From Felis catus (Eukaryota), in contig NC_058368.1 of assembly GCF_018350175.1 (NCBI RefSeq), forward strand, positions 49,849,815 through 49,913,814: a stretch of 64,000 nt of DNA, given 5' to 3'. Shown in pieces: positions 13,283-24,850 of this stretch. A program made the translations under genes and the position numbers. Within the stretch, counting starts at the first letter, position 1. Every line of letters starts with the position of its first letter. Under the pieces are notes generated by a model. It had not been told where the DNA came from. It was given only the letters and a program-made list of their open reading frames with translations, and made no database searches.

Positions 13283-13627
13283 TGCTATAGACCAAGTATT
13301 TGTGCCCCCCACCCCAAAAATTGATATATTGAAAGCTTATTCCCTCAATATGCTGGCATCAGAAGTTGGGGCCTTTGGGAGGTAATTAGGTCCTAAGGGT
13401 GTAACCCTCATGAATGGGATTAGGGCCTTAGAAACTTTTGAGATCCCTTGCCATCCACACCAAGTGAGGCTATCTATGAACCAGAAAGCTGATTCTCTTC
13501 AGACAATGAATCTACCACTGCCTTGATCTTGGACTTCCCAGCCTCCAGAGTGTGAGGAAACATTTTCTATTGTTTATACAACCACTCTATCCTGTTTTTG
13601 TTATAACAACTGGAACAGCTCAAGACA
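13283..13627 (+). mobile_element. MaLR solo LTR (MLT1A/MST-like)
   Basis: TG...CA ends; GGGGCCTTTGGGAGGTAATTAGG and CCTTGATCTTGGACTTCCCAGCCTCCAGA motifs; flanks ATACT/ACACT (5-bp TSD, 1 mismatch). Confidence 0.88.
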
Positions 13628-14140
13628 ACACTGGCATGCAAAGAGCAATTCAGAAAATCCTTAATTCGAGAACCCACAGGACTTCAGAGCATAGCACAGT
13701 CCTAAAGAACTTGAATTGAATGAACAGACTTTTAGATTAATTTTGTAATCTACATAACAAAGTGCTCCAACATACAGCCATGTGGAAAAGGAGGAAAACT
13801 AGAGTTAGTCCACACAGAATGAGCAAGACTGGATAAAAGTATTTCTCTCCTAATCTCCAAACGAAGATTGGACAGAACAATTTATTCATTTACTACAGCA
13901 AGCACCCTGGTGAACATAATGGAAAATTATGACAAACACATATGACAGTGGAGAATCCAAGTTTTTACATGAAATATAGTATCAGTAGCTCTATGTCACC
14001 ATTGAATTAGTCTGTAATTGGAAATCACAAAGTTTACTCTGTAATCTGGATAAAGAGGTGGCAAAAATCACACTTTAAATTCAAAGATGTTCCCTTCTCA
14101 CTGTCACACATGGTTTTATTTTTATTTAAAAATTTTTTTA

Positions 14141-14360
14141 GGGGCGCCTGGGTGGCGCAGTCGGTTAAGCGTCCGACTTCAGCCAGGTCACGATCTCGCG
14201 GTCCGTGAGTTCGAGCCCCGCGTCGGGCTCTGGGCTGATGGCTCGGAGCCTGGAGCCTGTTTCCGATTCTGTGTCTCCCTCTCTCTCTGCCCCTCCCCCG
14301 TTCATGCTCTGTCTCTCTCTGTCCCAAAAATAAATAAACGTTGAAAAAAAAATTTTTAAA
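14141..14360 (+). mobile_element. Young full-length SINEC_Fc
   Basis: Near-identical to the 6602 copy; inserted in the T-tract of an older opposite-strand SINE. Confidence 0.96.
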
Positions 14361-14365
14361 AAAAA

Positions 14366-14593
14366 TTTTTTTTAACGTTTATTTGTTTTTTGACAGAGAG
14401 AGAAAGAGAGACAGAGCACGCGCGCACAAGCAGGGGAGGGGCAGAGAGAGAGAGGGAGACACAGAATCCAAAGCAGGCTCCAGGCTCTGAGATGTCAGCA
14501 CAGAGCCCGATGTGGGGCTTGAACTCACAAACCACAAGATCATGACCTGAGCCGAAGTTGGATGCTTAACCGACTAAGCCACCCAGGTGTCCC
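14366..14593 (-). mobile_element. Can-SINE (SINEC_Fc2-like)
   Basis: Reverse-oriented body ending ...GCCACCCAGGTGTCCC. Confidence 0.92.
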
Positions 14594-14965
14594 ATAAAAC
14601 ACACATGATTTTAAAGAATGATAACTTTCTACTCTGAAAACTGGGAGTGTAGTTTAGCATTATTTCATTGCTTCAAAACGGAGTAAGTAGAATTTTAAGA
14701 ATTCGAAATCACATAGGCCACTTTTCAAAAGTCTACACTGCTCCCTCACTCCACCCCAAGCACACACTCCAAAATCTCTTTTCTTTCCTATAGCCCCATC
14801 TTCTTCCCACACATAATCAAAGGGTCACCACTGGAATTTAGAAAGCCAACTGAGAAACTGGCATATATGGGAAAGAGGTCGTTGCAAGGGCTTCTCTTGT
14901 GAAGAGTTGTTGCTTTGCACCAGCTTAGTACTCCCACTCATCAGGAGACAGATGGAGAAACCACA

Positions 14966-15200
14966 ACTTACCAAATGTTTATTATATGTGCAGATGGCTG
15001 TTTCTGTTTGGATTCTTCCATTCTTTTAATTCCCATTTGGTCTGTGTGGATGTGAACACTTGCTCCCCTAAGGCTTTTCTCCCGCGCAATGAGGGCTCCT
15101 CTGGCATTGCACCTCACTCCCTCTTCACCCCCCCCCCCTTTAATACGGCCACTGCAGCCCCATCCTGGCTGTGTTTGCTCAGGCTTCCCTTCCCGCAAGA
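14966..15200 (-). promoter_or_regulatory. Candidate internal promoter / alternative first exon
   Basis: Minus-strand TATTAAAG (15145-15138), forkhead-like TGTTTGC (15172-15178) and donor TTG|GTAAGT (14972/14971) in a stretch with no recognisable repeat. Confidence 0.35.
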
Positions 15201-16030
15201 CTCCCCACTGTCCTGCCACCGTAACTGAGAAAATCCTTGCTGATTCTCATTCAAAGACAAACTGAACTAAAGCTTTGTGGCTTAAAATGGGCTGGACTGA
15301 AAACTCAGCTCCTGAGGGAACCCCAGCAAATGAACACCCACAGCAAGCACAGATGAAACTATTTCTGGAGGTGTCCCACAGGGAACAAAGTGGAAACAAG
15401 GTTATAATGGGTTTTACAACAGCTTTTCTAAATATCCTAAACAATCAATTATAGAAGATGATCTACAAGTTATAAGTGATGGAATTTGTTAGTTGATTTG
15501 TAGAAGCTAGTAATAATATATACCAATTATTATGAGCAACTAAGTGCTGGCTTTGTTTCTATGCAATTTTCAGCTTCGAGAACTCTGAGGAAACAGATGT
15601 CATGAGTCTGTCAAACATATGGGTGGTAGGATTATAGCAAAGTTTTTTGTACATTTTCTCAATTTTCAAATTATCTTCATTACGCTGAAGACCAGGGTTA
15701 GGCAACAAGTATAATGATAAAAATAAATAAAAGGAATTTTACCGAAAATCTTTAAGGAACTATTTGCATATAGTTGGAAGTAGACAAATCCTTGCCTTGT
15801 CATTCACAAATTAAACAAGCAATTATTGAGTGTCTACAATGTGCCTGAATCTGTATTGGTCCTAAGGGTGCTATTTCTATTCCAGGAACAAAATATAGTA
15901 GCAGACATAGACTTCTGCACATGAAAGTTTCAAAATAATGTGTTAAGTATCAAGTAAGCTGTATTGAGAGAAACCAGGAAAAACAAAAAGGCAACTCAGT
16001 GGAGTCTAAGGGTTAAGAATATACTTTTTA

Positions 16031-16211
16031 GGGGTGCCTGGGTGGTTCAGTCAATTAAGCAACCAACTCTTGATTTCGGCTCAGGTCAGGATCTCATGGT
16101 TGGTGAGAACAATCCCTGTATCAGGCTCCACGCTGTCAGTGCAGGATCCTCTCTCTCCTCTCTCTCTGTCCCTCCTCTGCTCTCTCTCTCTCTCAATAAA
16201 CTTTTAAAAAA
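16031..16211 (+). mobile_element. Can-SINE
   Basis: TSD AAGAATAT(A/C)CTTTTTA. Confidence 0.9.
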
Positions 16212-16314
16212 AGAATATCCTTTTTAGAAAAAAAACAGAATTTGATTGAACTGGGCCCACAGGATAAATCAAATTTAGTCAACTGGAGTGGGAGAGAGGA
16301 TTCCAGGAAAACCC

Positions 16315-16720
16315 CATATTCTCTGGTGAAAAGTGGCAGAAACACAACTCAAACTAGCTTAAGTAAATAAAGACAACTCCTTTTTTGTGTGTAACCAGAA
16401 AGAGCCAGTGCAAAACTGGCTTTACAAACAGTTGAAACCAGGGACTCTCCCTCTCTTAGCTTCCCTGTGAGGTGGCTTCATTCCCTCTTCCAGGAACACT
16501 CTTCCAGCTCTGTCACAGAAGACGGTGGACTCAAGTATGAAATACCCAGAGACGAGCTCTACCTGGTCTAGCCCATCCCTGGAGCAAGCACTGTGGCCAA
16601 GGTGTAAATGTACCAACTGTCTGGAGAGGTCTCCAGCCCCAGGGGCCGGGGGCGGGGGGGGGGGGGGGGCTAGGCTCACAAGTTTCACTAAAACTGCACC
16701 ATCTGACTCACTGGCTTCCT
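16315..16720. mobile_element. Degenerate MaLR LTR (MLT1J/K-like)
   Basis: CAGAAACACAACTCAAACTAGCTTAAGTAAATAAAG motif typical of old MLT1 ends. Confidence 0.5.
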
Positions 16721-18322
16721 ACAGCTGACTGCAGCCCAAAGAGACAAAGCAGTAATGCCCTGACACTGTATGAATGTCAACAATCACCCTCAGAAATGAA
16801 ACTTCATGAGAGAGGCAGAGAAGAGTATGAGGAATGATAACCAAGGCTCTGCTAGCACTACATGGGAGGCTAAAGTTTGGCTGTGAGATGCGGACATTTA
16901 CGGTCCCTTTTTGATGGGAATTAAAATGGTATGGAGTAAGCAATTTAGAATGTGTACTTACCACTTAAACAGAATTAACTCTTTACAGGTCAAAAAGCAA
17001 AAAAGGTAACTAATATTTAAGTCTGATACACTTTCTATAGCCTTATAACCATACCCTAGGGTTGGTACTGTCCTCTTGTTTTTACAGATGAGTAAACAGA
17101 TTGAAGACTTAAACAGCCTGTAGAGACCACACAGCAAGAAGTAGGGTTAGTAGTAAAAACCATGCCTGTCTATCATAGTGCATATATTCTTTGCATGCCG
17201 CTTCTCATAAAGATTAGTACAAATAATTGCACTTAATTGCCTCAAATCTCACTTGTCACTCCGTGCCATTCAATAAATACTGAACACCTTCTATGCGTGA
17301 ATTGCTTTCCCCGTCATACACAGTGACCCACATTTTGCCACCCATTCACTGCATCTGCCTCAGGTGCCAGTGGCATTCCTCAGCCTATCCCCTCATATGC
17401 TGTAGAGAACACAGGAAGTTACCCCATCCACTTATCCAAAACAGTCTCTGAATCATACTGCCCACTGGGTAGTACTTTTAGGTATGTGTGGAAGTGGGAT
17501 TTTCAAAAAAATCTTATAGATTCTTTGCACAATCTGTTCCCACTCTGTCCTAATATTTCATCCAAAGCAAGAAGATACAGACAGTATAAGTCATAAAATA
17601 AGAACAATCTAGTTTCCCTTGTTAGAAAATGAAAATGCAAAATTTCTTTTCCGTTTTACAAACATTGAGGTATATAAGACAAAGGCAACAAATCTTTAAG
17701 CTACTCAATAAATTGACTGCAGTAGAGTTAGATTTTTTCTAATATAGTTGATTCATATATTATGGCTTATATAATACTCATATACTATATATTACATTAA
17801 CTCATACAAGAAGGTAAAAGAGACTCAATTGGAAATTGGAAAGCTTCAAACAGATAGCTAAAAATATTTCATATATATGCTTTCAAATATGTCAATAATG
17901 CGAATTCAACCTAAGAAAGAATATGAGAAGTTGTATATGTTTTAAACTCTAGAATGAAAAAGTTCAGATAAGTTAACAAAGCTAAAAATGATTACTTTCA
18001 TTACTTCTATATATTTAACACACAAAGAGGAAGGGAGAAAAAATTTCAACTAAAGCATACATGGTTACAAAAACTAAAAGAAAAAAAAACTCCAATATCA
18101 GTGATATAATCAAAACATCTTCAAAGAGAGACATAATGTGATTCCTTCATGATAAATCCCCAAGAAGACTTTACCAATAGTAACTCTGTAATAGGAGTTT
18201 TTAATTTAATATTTACAAACTTTAAATATGAGATGTAAAATGCCAAGGCAAGCAATAATCTCTCTTGTAAGATCATTGTGTTGTTTCTACTGCTCATTTT
18301 GAAGGTTTAAAATGTGAGATTA

Positions 18323-18448
18323 GGGGTGCCTGGGTGGCTCAGTCGGTTATGCGTCTGACTTCAGCTCAGGTCATGATCTCACAGTTCATGAGTTTGAGCC
18401 CAGCATTGGCCTCTGTGCTGACAGCTCAGAGCCTGAAGCCTGCTTCAG

Positions 18449-18515
<67 letters not shown>

Positions 18516-18590
18516 GCCCTTCCCCTGCTCACAATCGGTCTCTCTCTCTCTCTCTCTCTCAAAAATAAATTAACATTTTAAAAAATGTTT
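18323..18590 (+). mobile_element. Can-SINE with expanded (CT)n
   Basis: Head, long CT tract at 18452-18505, tail. Confidence 0.92.
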
Positions 18591-18689
18591 AAAGGTGAGA
18601 TTAAATAAAGTATTCCAATGCAAGCCTCCAGAACTATGAGAAACATAGTCTATGATATTGTATTATAGCAAGCCAAATTAACTAAGACA

Positions 18690-19090
18690 ACACATACATA
18701 CATATATTTCATAAGTCTGTCCACCGAGAGATCCTAGAAGCTGTGACACTCAGAAGCAATGAGCGCACCAAGTGTCCACATCTTGGTCTCTAAATACCAT
18801 TCTCTACTACAAGAATCCTAGGTCTCCTTAAAGAAATGACAGATTCCCAAGCTGGAGCAAGGTAAGTAAAAAATGAGTCTGAAATGTTTTTATGTCAGAA
18901 GAAAGTGCTCAGAGAATGATGGGGGTATGTAAAAAGACACAGAAGTCAGTGTAAAGGAGTTTTTAATGGTCAAATCTGAACAATCTAACCTTCAAAACAA
19001 TAATGAAAGTAACAGATTATAGCCCATTGACCAAAATAGGAGTCCATGAATCCACACTTACAAAAAGATAGAACGATAGAACGATAGAAC

Positions 19091-19131
<41 letters not shown>

Positions 19132-20030
19132 AGGGACAGCCCTGCTTTATACAGAATGCCAGGTAATCCATGAAGGTAGAAAGGTGGAATAAAAAAAAAA
19201 ATCACCATTTCATAACCATCAGTAATAACAGATTCAAGTAAGAAATCATCAATGAATGCTAAAGGATTAAAGTCTGAAAAGTATCTCCTCACAAAATATT
19301 TACTAACTGACAAGTACAAAATTCTTATTAAGTTTACACTGGAGAAAGCTGGCAGACACAATCTTAACCAAGTGATGAAAGTTAGCATCACCAGTAATGA
19401 GTGCCTCCTAAAATGAGGAACAGAGAAGGACACATGTCTGTGTTATTCCTTCCCCCACCACCCGCCCAGAAAAAAACATAACCAGAACCTAATCATGAGG
19501 AAATATCAGTCAAACAATTGTGAGACCTCCTACAGAGTAATTGGCCTCTTCAAAAAGGAACTGGTGCTCTTCAAAAATGTCAAGGAAATAGAAGAGAAAT
19601 AAAGACGAAGTAACTATTCCCAATTGAAGGAGACTAGAGACACTAGGCATGGATCCTGTATCTATGAAGGGTATTATGGAGATCACTGATGACATCTGAA
19701 TGTGGTCTGTGGATTCAATGGTAGTAACAGATCAATGTCAATTTCCTGTTTTGATGGTAGCCCTGTCATTATATATAACATTGTCTGTGTTTTTAGGAAA
19801 AACACAATTAAGTATTAATGAGGTAGTGGGGCATCACACATGCAGCTTACTCTCCAGTAATTAAAAAAATTCAAAAGTATGTTAAAAGTGTATGAAAAGA
19901 GAATTATAAGGCAAATTTGGCGAAATTGCTAACAAATGGGAAATCCGTGCAACAGGAATATGACAGTTCTTTATAATATTTTTTCCGTTGCTAGAAGTCT
20001 GAAATGATTTCAAAATAAGCAAAGTAAAAA
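18690..20030 (+). mobile_element. Old LINE-1 3' region (L1MC-like)
   Basis: GCAATGAGCGCACC...CTTGGTCTCTAAATACCATTCTC, CTTAACCAAGTGATGAAAGTTAGCATCACCAGTAATG and AACCTAATCATGAGGAAATATCAG motifs. Confidence 0.82.
19067..19130. repeat. (GATAGAAC)3(GATA)n compound STR
   Basis: Directly visible. Confidence 0.97.
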
Positions 20031-22097
20031 CAAATGTGTAAAAGTCTGCTTCAGTTGACTATAATATACACATTCCTTGAGTCCAATAGGAAAATTATTC
20101 CCTTGGAGTAAATTCCTTAAAGTGATATTCTCATTACAGATGATTAAAAATGTGGAGTCCTTGCTATAGCTCTTCCACAAAACACCACCAAACAACTTTT
20201 CAGACTGGATACACTAAAAAGTAGCTGATGTCTTAAAAAGTTTGGCAGCTGTCTGGTGGATAACAGACTGAGAATAGCTAACTCCCAGCAGCAGCTAATT
20301 CCTCTATATAACCGAGCAGGCTGTTAAGTGCACTGACCTTCTCAGTGAGAAATTGCTGCTATTCACTGTGAAGTATTTGAAGATGCCTTAACTCTTTCTG
20401 GTTTTGGTAGGGGGCTGCCTAAAGAGTAGGACTGTGCTCAAAATTATTAATAAACCTGTTCTTAAAAGTTCTCAAATATTTTAGAGAAAATGTACCTGCA
20501 ATTATTGCAATTTGGGGAGAATATTGTCAGCCTAGAAGATACTCAAAAAGCTAAATTAACTAATATGGTAAATAGAAAATTTGCAGATTCTCCCACCACA
20601 CCCTAATTTTCCGAGGTCATAAACTTTTTTTTTTGTCCCTCTGTTTTCTCCAAAAATTAAAAAGATGGCAAATGGCTCTTTCAAAAGACAAACTTTATCC
20701 TTTGAATTTTCAAAGAAGCTTTCTTCCTGAAGTTGTTTGATTAATTAGATTTTCCTAGGACCTACTAGGAACTTTTTAACTGACAAAGAATAAAGCAAAT
20801 AAGCACCTCTTTTAATTTGACCATGCCAAAAAAATCCAAATAATTCATTTGAGTAATGCTTATGTTCAGTTTTCTCTAGAAACATTTCATTAACTATGCC
20901 TTTGAACATTGGCTTTCCTAAAATGCCCACCGTAAAAAAACCCCAGTCAACTGTAAATGCCTACAGAAGGAAAAAAGAAAGCCCTCTATCCTAGGTGTAC
21001 AAAAGGAGCAAATCCAATGTCCTCCAAAGCACCTGTCATTTTAGGAAGCATAGCCAACAAACTTGCAGCTGAATTCTGTAACAATGGTAGATGTAAAGGC
21101 AAGAACAGTCAAGGCCATAAAAAACTAAAAATTTAAGTTACAACCAGTAAAACATTATAGAAAACTTTCATGATATTCAGGCTTTCATCCGGAAACATGG
21201 CATGTCTCTTCACTTATTCTCTGTAGCAATTTAATGTCAACCTCATCCACGACATAAACAATGGCTGATCCAATTGCCTTAGACTCATATTTTTTTTTAA
21301 TGTAGAAAGTTTCCTACAGCTATGCACCTGTATAGTTAAAAAGTCGTATGATAGGAAATAAAAGTATTTATGGTTTAAGGGAATTTAAGTGGAGAGTTAC
21401 AGTTTTTTATTGCAAAATGTTTAATACTCTATAGTATTATGTGCACCACATATTTTGAGAGCAAAGAGCTTAGGTGCTGCAGCTGAAGATAAGCTCAAGC
21501 AACATGACGAATAATGCTTTTCTCTAAGAGCTCTATAAATATGTTTGCCATAGAGAAAATCTCCAGAAAAATTGCCTTGTTCCTCATCCAAGAAGTAATT
21601 TCAGTTTTTTGATGGAGATTTTAAGTGAAATTTGCCACATCTAAACATCTTTATGCTAAACTTTATAAATTTTAGCTCTTACAGTACTTACGATGATTTT
21701 TATTCACTTAAGGCCAGGTAGTATGATAAAATTTATAATTTTTACTTTCAACAGTTCATATGTAATACTTTGCCATCAGCCTGAATATGTTACTTATAAT
21801 TCTGGAAGCCTAATATGCTTGATCTTTCAACCTTGTGTTCTTTCTCCAATTTAAATCCTACTGCTTGCTCATAGGTATTTTATTAACTATTCAAAATAAT
21901 AAGGTTGTCTGGTATGGAGAGTATTTAACAAAAAGTACAAACCACTGACTATGTCGAAATCTTGGTACAAATATATAAATACTTCACTTGTGGTTACTTA
22001 GAACACATCTGTTAATCTATTCCTTTTCCTGTCAATTACTATATTTGCTTTGCTCACAGTTTAGGAAAACAAGTAAGTTTTTAAGAGAGTTAATCAG

Positions 22098-22594
22098 TGT
22101 GGTAGGCAGAGTAATGCCCCCTCTCAAAGATGTTCATGTCCTAATCTCTAACACCTTACAAGGCGAAAGTGATTTTGCTTTGCGAAGTGTGATTCAATTA
22201 AGGATTTTAAGGATCTCGAGAAGCAGAGATTATCCTAGATTATCCCAGTGGGATCCCAATGTAATCACAAGGGTCCTTAGAAGGAAAAGAGAAAGGCAGA
22301 GGAGTCAGAGAAGGAGATCTAAGGCCAAAACAGATGACAGAGTGATGTAATTGCTGGAAAGGAGCCACAAGCCAAGGATGCATGCGGCCTCCAGAAGCTG
22401 AAAAAGGCAAGGAACGCCTGGCCAGGATCTCCCAGGGCCTCTGGGAGGAAAGCAGCCTGCCGATACACTAACTTTATTCCCATAAGACCTATTTCAGACT
22501 TCTGACTTCCAGAACTGTAAGGTAGTAAATCTGACTTGTTTAAAGCCACTAAGTTTGTGGTAATTTGTTACAGCAGCAGTAGGAAACTAATACA
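22098..22594 (+). mobile_element. MaLR solo LTR (MLT1D-like)
   Basis: Starts TGTGGTAGGCAGAGTAATGCCCCC, ends GTAATTTGTTACAGCAGCAGTAGGAAACTAATACA. Explains ORFs 21988-22350 and 22319-22549. Confidence 0.9.
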
Positions 22595-23484
22595 GTGGCA
22601 TTTATGTTAATTATTAGTACAAGTTGTGCCATTATGAAAATAAACTGGTATATACACAACATTCAAAACTCCTTCAAAAATGGTATACTAAGTATTAAAA
22701 TTCACATGACTTTAAACTGTGTCTTTTACTAAAGGATTCTTATATAAGGAGCATGATAATTATGCAGGATGGTGCACAATCATGAGAAAAGCATTTTTTT
22801 TTTATTTAGTATGTGTCAGACACTGGTATTTAAAAGATGAATATAAATACATCAAGGCAGAAATACTCATTTTCTAGTAGTTCCAAAGGGTCATATAAAT
22901 GAATAACATTTACAATAAGGTGGCAGCTCTTTGAGAACAAAGAGACGGTCATTTCAACTGGGGGTGGAAGATAGACAAATGAAATGGCTAAATCTTCAAG
23001 GTGGAATAGGTCCCTTAAGAAGTCTGAGGCTAAGCTGAGCCAGGTCACATCATGAAGTGGGCAGTCAGCCATGCAAAAACTTGGACTTCATCTTTCAAGT
23101 AATGAGAAACCAGATGGAGGTTTTAAGTAGTGGAGTGACTGACACAGTTAAATCTTAGAAGGAAAAAAACACCGTGGTGATGTGAAGGACATGAAGACTG
23201 GACTGAAAGCAAGAAATACATATTGAAGACTAAACCAATGTTTATATGCCACCATATTTCAGTATTTCTTCACAAACATTCAGTGATCATGTACCTTCTA
23301 TCAGACAGGTGCTGTGCTAAATGCTAGGTGATAAAAAAAGAGAATAAGACACGATGAGTGCCTTTGAGATATAGAAAACTAGAGCTTTGTATATATAAAC
23401 ACTACACAAAATGTATACAATGAAAGTAGCTATCTCTACTTTGAGGTACCCATCTAGAAACCACATTTAAAAAGTTTTTTTGTA

Positions 23485-23866
23485 TTTAAATTTTTTTTTA
23501 AATATTGTTATTTATTTTTGAGAGAGAGGGGCAAAGCATGAGCAGGCAACAGGCAGAGAGAGAGAGGGAGACACAGAATCCGAAGCAGGCTCCAGGCTCC
23601 AAGCCTTCAGCACAGAGCCCGAAGTGGGGCTCAAACTCATAAACCGTGAGATCATGACCTGAGCCGAAGTCGAACGCTTCAATGACTGGGCCACCCAGGT
23701 GCCCCCAATTTTTACTTTAATTTTAGAGGGAGAGACAGAGTGAGCAGAGGAGAGGCTCCATGCTCAGAGCAGAGCCCGACATGGGGCTCAATCCCACAAC
23801 CTTGGGATCATGACCTGGGCCAAAATCAAGAGTCAGACACTCAACTGTGAGACACCCAGGTGCCCA
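23485..23866 (-). mobile_element. Two tandem Can-SINEs (23485-23706; 23720-23866)
   Basis: Two reverse heads CACCCAGGTGCCC; outer flanks AGAAACCACATTT repeated. Confidence 0.9.
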
Positions 23867-24689
23867 AGAAACCACATTTTCAAGAGTAGGCATCAAATTC
23901 ATACCACAAAACAACACAAATTAACATGAAGAAATAATTGTTAACGTGTGTAATTTTCAAAAATGCAATCCAATCGATCTCAAAAAAAAATTGAGGAAAT
24001 TACGTTCTTACAAAAAAAACTGAACAGCCTCCCCTCCCACAAGTACCTTAAAAACATTATATTTTTAATATCTGTAAGAAGATTAAAAATATAATTAATT
24101 TGCCATAGCCTAGGAAGGCATACAACACCTACTTTTTTAGAAAAGTATGTAGTCATGATAATTTGAACTAATTTAAAATTGCAAGTTTCAACATGATCAG
24201 TTAAATCCAGAAACAGAATGACAACTCTGTAGCCTTCCCCAAACCCTCTAGTAAAAACCAATCATGAATTCCTTCTGCTCCCAGTGCTCTTTCCCCACCG
24301 AATTATGGCAGACATCACTACCTGATATAGCAGGATTTAACTGTGCGTATGTCTGTTTCACCCATAAGAAAACTAGCCTCTCCTACATATCTTTGTATTT
24401 AATGGTATGGTGTAGTTATTATACTCAATATTTAAGCTCGATCAATGTGTTGAAGAGAACTGAGCTAAATGTACTTAGTTAATAATGACTGACCATAAAT
24501 TCTGTTTTAGTCTATTCAAAAAATGATTTCAGAAAATACCTGGATAACTTATAAACATCACAATGTATCATATTTATGTACTTTTTCCTAATTCCTCAAT
24601 TATGTAACGGGTAACCTCAAAACAAAAATATCAGGTCTCAGAAAGGAGGAAGTGGTATTTAGTTTTTAGCAAATGCCATTTTACATTTA

Positions 24690-24850
24690 ACCTCTTAAAC
24701 ATCTCAGTTTCTTCATCTGTGAAACAGGGCTGATAATAGAACTCATCCACAGAATCATCTTAGAGCTCCATAAAATGAAACGTTCAGTAGAGAATCTAGC
24801 ACATAATCGGTGTTCAATAAATGTTAGTCATTGTAGTTGTTGCAACAGTT
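24690..24850 (+). mobile_element. MIR (other MIR relics near 11.0-11.2, 17.0-17.2, 26.6-26.8, 27.1-27.2, 42.65-42.8, 51.4-51.5 and 55.4-55.5 kb)
   Basis: CTCAGTTTCTTCATCTGTGAAACAGGG...GTTCAATAAATGTTAG core. Confidence 0.75.
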
